NCBI GenBank assembly: GCA_032249135.1
Contig: JAVVGL010000001.1
Coordinates: 64,001-128,000, forward strand
Length of the DNA: 64,000 nucleotides
Origin: Candidatus Calescibacterium sp.
GTDB lineage: Bacteria; Calescibacteriota; Calescibacteriia; Calescibacteriales; Calescibacteriaceae
Direction: 5' to 3'
The translations under genes were made by a program, and so were the position numbers. The notes under the pieces are model-generated. The model was not told the DNA's origin and searched no databases. It saw nothing but the letters and a program-made list of their open reading frames with translations. Of the stretch, positions 1 to 9,246 are shown in pieces. The stretch's first letter is position 1. Each line of letters opens with the position of its first letter.

Positions 1-903
1 GAAGTTATAAGAAGGCTCAAAAACCAAACAAAAAAACCTTATGAGATATTGGTTGTTGATAACTCACAAAACGAAAACGAATCAGAAAAAATAAAAAAAG
101 TAGCAAAAAATTTAGGAGCAAAATATGTAAGAGAAGAAAGAGAAGGATTACATAATGCAAGAAACAGAGGTGTAATTGAAGCAGAAGGCGAAATAGTTCA
201 GTTTATAGATGATGATGCTCTTGCAGAAAGAAATTTAATTGAAGAAATTGCAAAGCAATACAAATCAGAAGACATAGCAGCAGTAGGAGGGAAAGTTGTT
301 CCCATCTTCAAAGCAAAACTTCCAAAATTTTTCAAATACTTAAAATACCAATACCTCTCTGTTTTAGATTACGGGAACGAAATAAAAGAAGTTGATTATC
401 TGATCGGAAACAATATGTCTTTCCGAAAAGATGTGTATATAAAAGCTGGAGGAGTAAATCCCGATGCTTATCAATCTTCAGATAAACTTTTTTTCAGAGG
501 AGATGGGGAAAGTGGTTTATGTAGAAAAATAAAAGAGATGGGGAAGAAAATAATATACACGCCTTATGCAGTAGTATATCATGTGATACCGGAGAGAAGA
601 CTTTCTATTGAATACCTGAGAAAAAAAGCTTTCAGACATGGAGTTCAGATGTCGTATTCAAAGTTTTTCGGAGGAAAATTTCCACCAAATCATATTTTAT
701 TTTTGAGGTCAAATGCTTTTTTTCTTCTTTTTATCCTGAACAAAATCTTAGGTAAAATTATCCCACATGACATGAAAGTAAGATATGATGTCTGGGGAGA
801 AACTATGAAAGCAAGATGGCTTTATGAACTCAAACTTATCTTTGACAAAAATTTAAGAGAACACGTCTCAAAAACAAACTGGATAGATGAAATAAGAAAA
901 TAA
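1..903 (+). CDS. Glycosyltransferase family 2 (5' partial; frame open from base 1)
   Basis: Frame reads EVIRRLKNQTKKPYEILVVDN before the called start; GT2 motifs VVDN, GLHNARNRG, FIDDDA, GNNMSFRK. Confidence 0.9.
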   Translation, partial: EVIRRLKNQTKKPYEILVVDNSQNENESEKIKKVAKNLGAKYVREEREGLHNARNRGVIEAEGEIVQFIDDDALAERNLIEEIAKQYKSEDIAAVGGKVVPIFKAKLPKFFKYLKYQYLSVLDYGNEIKEVDYLIGNNMSFRKDVYIKAGGVNPDAYQSSDKLFFRGDGESGLCRKIKEMGKKIIYTPYAVVYHVIPERRLSIEYLRKKAFRHGVQMSYSKFFGGKFPPNHILFLRSNAFFLLFILNKILGKIIPHDMKVRYDVWGETMKARWLYELKLIFDKNLREHVSKTNWIDEIRK

Positions 904-977
904 AAAAGAGCTTGCCTTATATCTACTTGAATCGGCATGGGCTTTACCTTTATTTCTACTTCAAATAAGCTTGCTAA
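901..977 (-). pseudogene. Orphan internal fragment of an Rpn-family gene
   Basis: Translates LASLFEVEIKVKPMPIQVDIRQALF, matching LAGLFDVKIEIKSMPIEVDIRKTFL (974..1846) and LGGLFDVKIKVKPMPIQIDIRKTLF (20915..21787). Confidence 0.85.
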
Positions 978-1846
978 ACTTTGTTTTTTGATTTTGAGTT
1001 CTTGATAGATTTGACAAAATTTTCCCAACTTTCTGTTCTTATTACTTCTCTCTTTATCTTTTCCAATTTATTTATTTCATTTATCTTATCTAAAAGTTTT
1101 TTGACTTGCCTTGCCTTTGAAATACCAAACTTTGCCTCAATGTCTAACAAAATCGCTTTTTTTAATCCCTCCCTCAATCCTTCTTGCTTTCCTTCCCTTA
1201 ATCCTTCTTCCTTTCCCCACTTATAAAGGAAAGTTTTTCTTATGTCTACCTCAATCGGCATAGATTTTATCTCTATTTTAACATCAAATAAACCTGCTAA
1301 AAAACTTATGCTATCTATATATTTTATGATTTCTTTTTCATTTTTCACAATTTCTACAATTCTTTCTTTGACCTTTCCTATTATTTGAGGTTTATCTTTG
1401 AACTTTCCAGCTAAAATTCCTACAATAACCTCCTCAGGTTTATTACTCTTTATAAACTCATCTGGATCTATTTTCTTCATATCAACAACTTTGAACTTGT
1501 GAATTGTAAATTCTGTCCTAAACACAGAAGGCGGAGGATTACCTTTTCCCACAAATAAAACAATTTGCGTGGGAAATTTCTCAAACTTCTGTCTAATCGC
1601 AACGGAATATATCAGCATCCTTTCAGGCAAAGTTTTATCATGCTGAACCTGAATTTCAATATGGAAAATTTTTTCTTTTGATCTGAGCAGCAAATCTGGG
1701 CGAAGGGATTTGATAAGTTTTATTTCACCTGTAATATCTTCAAGTTCCTCTTGTATTTGCTCATCAGTGGCTATTGATATAATCTTTCCCGCAGCTTTTG
1801 AGAAAATCTCTTTCAAAATTGGGTCAAATCTTTTCAGCTCCTTCAT
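974..1846 (-). CDS. Rpn family (recombination-promoting nuclease / putative transposase, PD-(D/E)XK) protein
   Basis: RPDLLL...FHIEIQ catalytic-type motif, LPERMLIY, C-terminal EEGLREGKQEG repeats and KFG helical tail. Confidence 0.8.
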   Translation of the reverse strand: MKELKRFDPILKEIFSKAAGKIISIATDEQIQEELEDITGEIKLIKSLRPDLLLRSKEKIFHIEIQVQHDKTLPERMLIYSVAIRQKFEKFPTQIVLFVGKGNPPPSVFRTEFTIHKFKVVDMKKIDPDEFIKSNKPEEVIVGILAGKFKDKPQIIGKVKERIVEIVKNEKEIIKYIDSISFLAGLFDVKIEIKSMPIEVDIRKTFLYKWGKEEGLREGKQEGLREGLKKAILLDIEAKFGISKARQVKKLLDKINEINKLEKIKREVIRTESWENFVKSIKNSKSKNKV

Positions 1847-1995
1847 GAAATAAACTCTCCGCTCTTATACTTGATTTTAAAAAACAAGTCTCATTTTAAA
1901 TTAAAAACTCTCACTTATAGTGTGGACTTAAAATCAAATCTTGAACTTTTCAAGCTTTCCTAAAATCTAAAATAGAAAGCAAACTTATTTAAGTA

Positions 1996-3117
1996 ATGAA
2001 AAACTTTATTCCTGTAAGCGAGCCTTGGCTCACCGGTAAAGAGTTAGAATATGTTCAAGATGCGATAAAAAGTACATTTATATCATCTGAGGGAAAGTAT
2101 ATAGAAGAGTTTGAGAGAAAATTTGCAAATTATGTAGGTAGAAAGTTTGGAGTCGCATGCACAAGTGGGACATCAGCTCTGATACTGGCTTTCCGAGCTC
2201 TTGAACTTGAAAAAGGTTCAGAAGTTATTTTACCCTCATTCACAATAATCTCCTGCGCTCTCGCAGTAATATATAATGAACTTATTCCTGTTTTCGTTGA
2301 TTCAGATATGAAGACATGGAACATGAATCCAGATGAGATAGAAAGAAAAATAACTTCAAAGACCAAAGTTATATTGATGGTCCATACATACGGGTTTCCT
2401 TGCGATGTAGATAGAATAGTAAAAATTGCTCAAAAATACAATCTTTATGTCATAGAAGATTTTGCAGAAGCAATAGGTTCAGAATACAAAGGAGTAAAAT
2501 GTGGGAATTTTGGAATTATAAGTTGCACAAGCTTTTATGCTAACAAATTAATAACGACCGGAGAAGGTGGAATGTGTTTGACCGATGATGAAAGACTTGC
2601 TGAAAAGATGAAAAGGTTAAGGAATCTTGCCTTTATTCCAGAAAAAAGATTTCTCCACTATGAACTTGGTTTTAATTTCAGAATGACAAATATCCAAGCA
2701 GCTATCGGACTTGCACAACTTGAAAACATTGAGGAAAGAATAAAGAAGAAAATTTTTATGGGGGAATTATATTCTCAATTGCTAAAACCTCTTGAAGATG
2801 AAGGTGTAATTTCTCTACCACCACAAGATCCACAACACAAAAACACATTTTGGATGTACGGCGTTCTACTGAAAAATGGGACTACTGCGGACGAAATTAT
2901 GAAGAAGCTTTATGAGAAAGGGATTCAGACAAGACCTTTTTTCTATCCACTTCACCTCCAACCTGCATTTGAAAAATTTCCCTGGTTCAAAAAAGATAAC
3001 TTACCCGTATCAGAGTATCTTGGAAAGTATGGTTTTTACCTTCCATCAGGGCTTACCTTGGACGAAGAAAAAATAAGGTTTGTTGCCCAATCATTAATTG
3101 ATATTCTCAAAAAATAA
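1996..3117 (+). CDS. DegT/DnrJ/EryC1/StrS aminotransferase, GDP-perosamine synthase-like
   Basis: IPVSEP N-terminus, TSGTSAL, IEDFAEAIG, SFYANKLITTGEGG PLP-lysine motif, GFNFRMTNIQAAIG. Confidence 0.92.
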   Translation: MKNFIPVSEPWLTGKELEYVQDAIKSTFISSEGKYIEEFERKFANYVGRKFGVACTSGTSALILAFRALELEKGSEVILPSFTIISCALAVIYNELIPVFVDSDMKTWNMNPDEIERKITSKTKVILMVHTYGFPCDVDRIVKIAQKYNLYVIEDFAEAIGSEYKGVKCGNFGIISCTSFYANKLITTGEGGMCLTDDERLAEKMKRLRNLAFIPEKRFLHYELGFNFRMTNIQAAIGLAQLENIEERIKKKIFMGELYSQLLKPLEDEGVISLPPQDPQHKNTFWMYGVLLKNGTTADEIMKKLYEKGIQTRPFFYPLHLQPAFEKFPWFKKDNLPVSEYLGKYGFYLPSGLTLDEEKIRFVAQSLIDILKK

Positions 3118-3127
3118 AAATTTAGCT

Positions 3128-3889
3128 ATGCAAGAGAAGACATTTGGAAAGCTCTATTCAAAGTTTTATGACATAATTTACTACGACAAAGACTACAAAA
3201 AAGAATGCGACTGGATTGAAAATGTTTTGGAAAAGTTCGGAGTAAAAGGAAGGAAAATTTTAGATCTTGGATGTGGATCTGGTAACCATTCAATAGAACT
3301 TGCAAAAAGAGGATATGAAGTTGTAGGAGTTGATAAATCTCAGTATATGATAGAAAGAGCGGTTGAAAAAGTAAGAAATCAAAACTTAAAAATTGATTTC
3401 ATAGAAAAAGATATAAGGAATTTTGATCTCGGAGTAAAGTTTGATGTGGTAATCTCTATGTTTTCTGTCATAAGTTATATAACTGAAAATCATGATTTGC
3501 TCTCCACATTTTCAAATGTGAAAAAACATCTCAGAGACGGAGGTATTTTCATTTTTGATGCATGGTTCGGACCTGCGATTTTACATCAAAAACCTGAACC
3601 AAAAATAAAAGAAATAAAAATTTCAAATTCAGAAAAAATAATAAGAATAACCTTCCCTGAACTCAACATAATGGATCACACAGTGGACATAACCTATAAA
3701 TTATTTTATGTTTCAGAAAGTAGCTTTGAAGAATTTGAAGAAGTACATAAAGTAAGATATTTTTTCCCAAAAGAGATAGAGTTTTTTCTTACCACCGCCG
3801 GATTTGAAAAAGTTCATTTATTTCCATTTCTCAAATTAGAAGGAAAACCTTCAATAGATGATAGAGATTTTTCTTGCGTTGCACTGTAA
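3128..3889 (+). CDS. Class I SAM-dependent methyltransferase
   Basis: ILDLGCGSG motif I, FDVVISMF, LRDGGIFIFD; ATG at 3128 preferred to the overlapping upstream start. Confidence 0.88.
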   Translation: MQEKTFGKLYSKFYDIIYYDKDYKKECDWIENVLEKFGVKGRKILDLGCGSGNHSIELAKRGYEVVGVDKSQYMIERAVEKVRNQNLKIDFIEKDIRNFDLGVKFDVVISMFSVISYITENHDLLSTFSNVKKHLRDGGIFIFDAWFGPAILHQKPEPKIKEIKISNSEKIIRITFPELNIMDHTVDITYKLFYVSESSFEEFEEVHKVRYFFPKEIEFFLTTAGFEKVHLFPFLKLEGKPSIDDRDFSCVAL

Positions 3890-4052
3890 AAAATAGCATT
3901 TTCTTTGAAATTTAGCATTCTCTTTGAAATTTCTCCTAAACTACTCTTCATCAAGTCTAAAACCACTCTTCTCCAAGAATTTTCTTTTCTAACAAGAATT
4001 CTTTTTTTAAGATTTTCTTTTTTTTATTTTTTATTATGCATATTTTTCAATA

Positions 4053-4774
4053 ATGGCAAAAAGAGGATGGATCTATACGGAAAAAGATGTACATAGAGAG
4101 TGGCTCAAAAAAATAGAGCAAGGAGAAATAGGAAGAGAATGGTATCTTCTTATTTTCAGGAAAAAGCTAAAAATCGTAAGGGAGTTTCTTGACAAAGAAT
4201 GCAAAGGAAAGAGAATATTAGATGTGGGTTGCGGAGAAGGAATTTTAGTAGAAGAATACAGAAAAAAAGGATACGACATAGAAGGGGTTGATCCAAATTA
4301 TGAAAGCGATTTCGTAAAAAACGGGGATGTAACAAACCTTGAATACGAAGATAATTCGTTTGATGTTATACTGCTTTTAGATGTACTTGAACATATTCCT
4401 TATGACAAGCAATATATTGCCCTAAAGGAGATAAAAAGAGTATTGAAAAAAGGTGGTTTGCTTTTGATGAGTGTTCCTAATCTTGCAGCTTTTTCTTCAA
4501 GAATAAAGTTTTTAATTTTCGGCAAACTATCAAGAGCAGACAAAGACTTTAACCATGTCGGAGAAAGACCGTTTGAAGAATACAAAGAGCTTCTTATGAA
4601 ACACGGATTCAAAATAAATAAAGTTTGGGGTATAACAATAACACTACCTTTGATATGGCAACTTGAACTTATTTTCCACAAAAAATGGCTCCGATTCATG
4701 ATTACCTTCTCAACTGCCTAAATATACCGTCCTTATCTTTGCTCAACATATTTCTTGCTGAAAATTTGAAGTAA
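4053..4774 (+). CDS. Class I SAM-dependent methyltransferase with probable single-base frameshift near 4672-4685
   Basis: ILDVGCGEG, FDVILLLDVLEH, LKKGGLLLMSVPN; called ORF stops at 4721 but the -1 frame continues FPQKMAPIHDYLLNCLNIPSLSLLNIFLAENLK to a stop at 4774. Confidence 0.75.
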
Positions 4775-4815
4775 ATAAAGGAAATAATAAAAATACAAAA
4801 TATTTTTTACTATAT

Positions 4816-5619
4816 ATGAAAAATATGAGGTTTGAAAATATGAACTATCTTATCAAAAAATCAATTTTTCTATTAAAGAATTACGGCGTAAGAGAATTAG
4901 CTTATAGAATTATTCATTACTTACCCAACAGATTTTCTCAAAATTTGAAATCATTATCTTTAAATATAAAAGCAAAGAAAAATCTGGAGCAGATTATTTA
5001 CTCTATTAGACAATTCAATTCAGATGACCCAGATAATATTTTTGATTTTTCTCGTAATTTTTATGAAGGAATAATAAGACCTATACAATTTAAAAGTGAA
5101 TTTGTAGAACTGCTCAAAATTTTCAAAATGTTAAATCCAAAATATATTTTGGAAATTGGAATAGCCAAAGGAGGTACATTGTTCTGCTTCTGCAAATTAG
5201 CCAAAGAAGATGCAACTATTATAGGAGTTGATTTGGAAAATTATCCTGATTGGAGACTTCGGATTTTTGAAGCATTTAAAAAAGGAAATCAAAACTTATT
5301 TATTCTCTCAGGAAAAGACTCTCATAAAATAGATACTTTGAACGAAATTAGAAGTATCTTAAAGGGGCAAAAATTGGATTTCCTATTTATTGACGGCGAT
5401 CATACATATACTGGTGTAAAAAAAGACTTTGAAATGTATAGCCCACTAATTAGAGAAGGCGGTATTATTGCTTTTCATGACATAGTTGAAAGTAAGTTTG
5501 ATAAGAAGATAGAAGTTTCAAAATTCTGGAACGAAATAAAATCTAATTACGAGTATAGAGAAATAATTGCTGACCCTAATCAAGATGGAGCAGGTATAGG
5601 CGTAATTATCAAAAAGTAA
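4816..5619 (+). CDS. Class I SAM methyltransferase (Methyltransf_24-like)
   Basis: ILEIGIAKGGT, DFLFIDGDHTYTGVKKDF, GGIIAFHDI. Confidence 0.85.
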   Translation: MKNMRFENMNYLIKKSIFLLKNYGVRELAYRIIHYLPNRFSQNLKSLSLNIKAKKNLEQIIYSIRQFNSDDPDNIFDFSRNFYEGIIRPIQFKSEFVELLKIFKMLNPKYILEIGIAKGGTLFCFCKLAKEDATIIGVDLENYPDWRLRIFEAFKKGNQNLFILSGKDSHKIDTLNEIRSILKGQKLDFLFIDGDHTYTGVKKDFEMYSPLIREGGIIAFHDIVESKFDKKIEVSKFWNEIKSNYEYREIIADPNQDGAGIGVIIKK

Positions 5620-5672
5620 AAAATTCATTTTCAATCTATCTTTTATTTTTCTCCTTGATTTTCAACGAATAT

Positions 5673-6749
5673 TTACGAATTTACAAGGTTCTCATAGAAA
5701 ACTTTGAAGTTTGGAGAAAACTCAAACTTTGGATAATTTTCTTTTATTGAATTTACAAATTCTGCGTAATTTTCACGAATTTCACTTACAGCTCGTGGGA
5801 TTTGTGCAAATGAATCAATTACAACTCCAAATTTGTTTTCTTCTGTTGTTTCTTTGAGCTCTGGCATATTTTTTACAATAACTGGTTTTCCGCAAGATAA
5901 ATATCTGAAATATTTTGAAGCTGACCATCCAGCGAATTTATCATTCAATCTTTCTGTGTTATACCACACAAATCCTATATCATGGTTCAAAACAAAATTT
6001 TTGAAATCTTCATACCCTAAAACTCTCTCATATATTTTGACATTTTTCAATTTTGAAATTTTTTCTTTTATTTCTGAGATTCCATATTTTGATATCCCAT
6101 GAAAGACAAAAATAAAATCGCCATTTTTTATGTAATTTTCTATTCCTTCGAGTATATCTTTTTCAAGTCCACCGGCAAACAAGACTTTTACTTTTTTATG
6201 AGGTTTTTGACGCAAATCCTGAGTTGCAAAATCGTAGCTATTTGGTATCACAAATTTTGGACAACTTATTCTGAAAATCTCCTCTGATATTTTCATTCTT
6301 GTTGGACTCAAAGAGACAAAAAAATCAGAGTTTGATATAAAAATCTGCTCCAAAAGTTTTCCTATTCGTTTTTTTAGTGGATTTTGGTAATCAAGAACAA
6401 AAAGTTCAAGATGATAGCACACAACCTTTATTTTTTTTATCTTTTTTATTATCGGTAAAGAGAATGTGCAAGCCATAATATCTGCTGGGTCATATACAAA
6501 AAGAAAATCGTATTTTATGTTTTTCAAAGCGGAAAAACACAATTTTATCCTTCTGAAAAAATTCTTTTCTCCTTTTTTTATCTGATTCACATAAATCTTG
6601 TCATCTTTATCTACATCTAAACCAGACACAAGAATATTTTCGTGCCCGTGCAATTTCAAAAATTTCACAATATGATATAAAGGTATGCAGGTTGAAAAAT
6701 ATCCAAATGGCTTTGTAAGTATATGAAGAAATCGCATAAAAGTTCTCAC
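5673..6749 (-). CDS. Putative GT-B glycosyltransferase
   Basis: C-terminal SKYFRYLSCGKPVIV motif, VLFAGGL, DIGFVWY; glycan-cluster context. Confidence 0.7.
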   Translation of the reverse strand: MRTFMRFLHILTKPFGYFSTCIPLYHIVKFLKLHGHENILVSGLDVDKDDKIYVNQIKKGEKNFFRRIKLCFSALKNIKYDFLFVYDPADIMACTFSLPIIKKIKKIKVVCYHLELFVLDYQNPLKKRIGKLLEQIFISNSDFFVSLSPTRMKISEEIFRISCPKFVIPNSYDFATQDLRQKPHKKVKVLFAGGLEKDILEGIENYIKNGDFIFVFHGISKYGISEIKEKISKLKNVKIYERVLGYEDFKNFVLNHDIGFVWYNTERLNDKFAGWSASKYFRYLSCGKPVIVKNMPELKETTEENKFGVVIDSFAQIPRAVSEIRENYAEFVNSIKENYPKFEFSPNFKVFYENLVNS

Positions 6750-7186
6750 TCTTTTCCTTCTATTCCGTCAAATCTTTCTTTATCTTCTTCACCTGTGTAT
6801 GGACCTTGCTTTACTTCTATCAAAATAGAATCCTCTAAAAACTCAAATCCATGTGCTCCCCCGCAAAGCAATATTATGTCTCCCTTCTCTAAAATCTCCG
6901 ATGTAATATATTGCTTTCTGCTATTGTATAAATTTACTTTGACTTTTCCTTTTTTTACAAAAAGAACCTCTTGGGTAAAATGAACTTCTCTTTTGTTATA
7001 TATGTGTCTGTGAGCCTGAATTATGTCACCTTTTTTATGCGGCAAAAAGCCAAGCTGCTGAGAAAGATTATCTGGTGTGAAAAATTCTATTTTATTTGAC
7101 GAGAATCTATCTCTCAAAATCACCGCTATAAGCTCCCCCTCTGAGTATATATATTCTAATCCGTCTTTTGGTGTTTCTTTAACCAT
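6746..7186 (-). CDS. Cupin-fold protein of polysaccharide clusters
   Basis: HRH...TQEVLFVKKGKV...GAHGFE...IEVKQGPY cupin metal motif. Confidence 0.75.
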   Translation of the reverse strand: MVKETPKDGLEYIYSEGELIAVILRDRFSSNKIEFFTPDNLSQQLGFLPHKKGDIIQAHRHIYNKREVHFTQEVLFVKKGKVKVNLYNSRKQYITSEILEKGDIILLCGGAHGFEFLEDSILIEVKQGPYTGEEDKERFDGIEGKE

Positions 7187-7380
7187 TTTTCTTTATCTTA
7201 ATTTACACCAGAAAACACATCAAAAATACCATAAAGTTAGAATCATCAATTTGAACAATTATTCAAAAAGTTGAAAGTTTAGCAAAATTTTGAACCTGGA
7301 AATTAAATTATTTCTCAGTATAGCAACAGGTTCAGCAGGAAGATCGTTTTTGAAATGATGAAAGGAGTTAAGAATAAAAT

Positions 7381-8274
7381 ATGATTTATCAGAGCTCAAT
7401 AGAAGAATTAGCTGAAAAAATCGGAAGATCAATTTATGAAAAGGAACCACATGATTTTTCAGAACAGCTGAAAAAATACGGATTTTTAGATGTCCAAGAA
7501 GAATTTGAGATAAAAGATTTATCAGCCATCATAAAAGCAATATCAAGGTATAATTTTCCTGCCGGGATATTTATTGCTATGAACTACGCTACAAAAATTC
7601 TTTTGAAATCAAATAAAATTTCTTCTGTTCCCACAGAAAACATAACTTTCTCAACATGTCTCAAACCTGATGGAAAGTTCTTTATCTTTGCTGATATTGC
7701 GGACTTCATAATTGAAGTAGAAAAAGAAAAAATAAAAATGTTTTCCAGAGAAAATATTAACTTACATAAAATTCCTTCACTTTCTTTTGAGTTATTTACG
7801 ATTTCAAAAAAAGAAGATAGAGCCGGGCAAAATCTCCATCTTAGCAATTTAAATCAATCACCTTATGAGTTTTTCTCAAAGCTATATTTCTTTATAGATT
7901 GTGCAATATGTGGAATGATGGAATATGCATTGAGTTTAGCTCAAAAGTATGCATCAGAAAGAATTCAGGGAGGAAAACCAATAAAAGATTACTTTGCTAT
8001 AAAAGAAAAAATATATAAGATCTCAGAATTTGTAAATATCGTTTCAGAAATCATAGATAATCTTTCGGAAAATCCGGAAAAAATTCATAGGAAATCGTTT
8101 TTCATCACAGGATTTGTACTAAGGGAAAGCCCAATTTTACTTTCAGAAGCAATCCAAATATTCGGCGGATACGGATATATGAAAGATTTCAAAGTAGAAA
8201 AATTATACAGAGAAGCCGAAACCCTCAGAAACCTTACAGAAATATACAAATTAGAATTCTTCAAACCGGAATAA
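7381..8274 (+). CDS. Divergent acyl-CoA dehydrogenase family protein (short, probably non-catalytic)
   Basis: YASERIQGGKPI and AIQIFGGYGYMKDFKVEKLYREA motifs; no IYEG motif afterwards. Confidence 0.75.
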   Translation: MIYQSSIEELAEKIGRSIYEKEPHDFSEQLKKYGFLDVQEEFEIKDLSAIIKAISRYNFPAGIFIAMNYATKILLKSNKISSVPTENITFSTCLKPDGKFFIFADIADFIIEVEKEKIKMFSRENINLHKIPSLSFELFTISKKEDRAGQNLHLSNLNQSPYEFFSKLYFFIDCAICGMMEYALSLAQKYASERIQGGKPIKDYFAIKEKIYKISEFVNIVSEIIDNLSENPEKIHRKSFFITGFVLRESPILLSEAIQIFGGYGYMKDFKVEKLYREAETLRNLTEIYKLEFFKPE

Positions 8275-8398
8275 AAAAAAGAAAAAAGGATAAGAGAAAA
8301 AAACAACAAAAGCAAAAAATAGTCAGGCAAAAAGATAATTAGGTAGGTAAAATAACCTAAATTTCCAAAAGAAAAAAAATTGGGATTAAAATTTCTGT

Positions 8399-9169
8399 AT
8401 GGATTTTTTCAGAGGAATAGAGCAGTTTGAAATAGATTTTGAGGGAGAAAAAGGGAAAATTCCAGTATTTTATAGATCAACCTATGGGGTCTTTGGATTT
8501 TTTCTTGCAAAATCATCAAAAGTAAAAGAACTGCTTCCAGCCAGAATAAAGGAAAGATTTAAAGTCCCAGAGCTTATACCTGGGATTACATTTTGTGGAA
8601 TTGCAGGTTTTATGTACAAAGATTCAAGTTTAGGACCTTACAACGAAGTAGCAATCACTTTCCCTGTACAACAAAAACCAAAAATACAATCAACCGCATT
8701 CATTTTAAACCTCCTGGATAGCATAGTGAAAGGAGAGTTTCATGTTCATGTAAGACATCTGCCGGTGACAACAAAAATAGCGAAAGATGCAGGCGTAATA
8801 ATTTACAACTACCCAAAATTTATAGCAGATATTGAGTTTCAAAATGGTGGCTCTTTCACATTAGCAGAAAACAAAAAAGAAATACTATCTTTCAAAATAA
8901 AGAAGGATCAAAAATTAAAATTTAAAATCGAGAGAAAAAAGTTTTTGTTCACAACTTACCAAGAAAAAGATGGAGCAATAATAAAAGCAGAAGTCCTCGC
9001 AGAAGGCGAAAATATATTAATGCTACCCGGTGGAGCAGAAATTAGCCTCAACAAAGAAACCCAAATCGGAAAAGAACTTGATGAGATCCTCACATCAAAA
9101 AAAGCAATAATGTCAATGGCAATGGAAAATATGAAATCTATTCTCCACCTTCCAGTAAAATTATGCTAG
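8399..9169 (+). CDS. Acetoacetate decarboxylase-like family protein
   Basis: YKDSSLGPYNEVAI, LPVTT...AGVIIYNYPK (GxxxxxxPK motif). Confidence 0.75.
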   Translation: MDFFRGIEQFEIDFEGEKGKIPVFYRSTYGVFGFFLAKSSKVKELLPARIKERFKVPELIPGITFCGIAGFMYKDSSLGPYNEVAITFPVQQKPKIQSTAFILNLLDSIVKGEFHVHVRHLPVTTKIAKDAGVIIYNYPKFIADIEFQNGGSFTLAENKKEILSFKIKKDQKLKFKIERKKFLFTTYQEKDGAIIKAEVLAEGENILMLPGGAEISLNKETQIGKELDEILTSKKAIMSMAMENMKSILHLPVKLC

Positions 9170-9246
9170 AAAAAAGCATCAGAGAAAAAAAGAAAAACTA
9201 TGAATAAGGAACTGGGATAATAACAAAAAGATAAATTAATAACCCT

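Noticed and set aside
822..1028. 68-aa ORF as a real gene
   Set aside because: Chimera of off-frame Rpn tail, the Rpn fragment and antisense GT2 sequence
901..1300. Diversity-generating retroelement TR/VR pair (Rpn fragment vs Rpn gene)
   Set aside because: Differences are not adenine-specific and there is no reverse transcriptase in the window
3894..3931. 19-bp imperfect tandem repeat tagcatt(t/c)tctttgaaatt
   Set aside because: Only two adjacent copies; likely local slippage with no evident function
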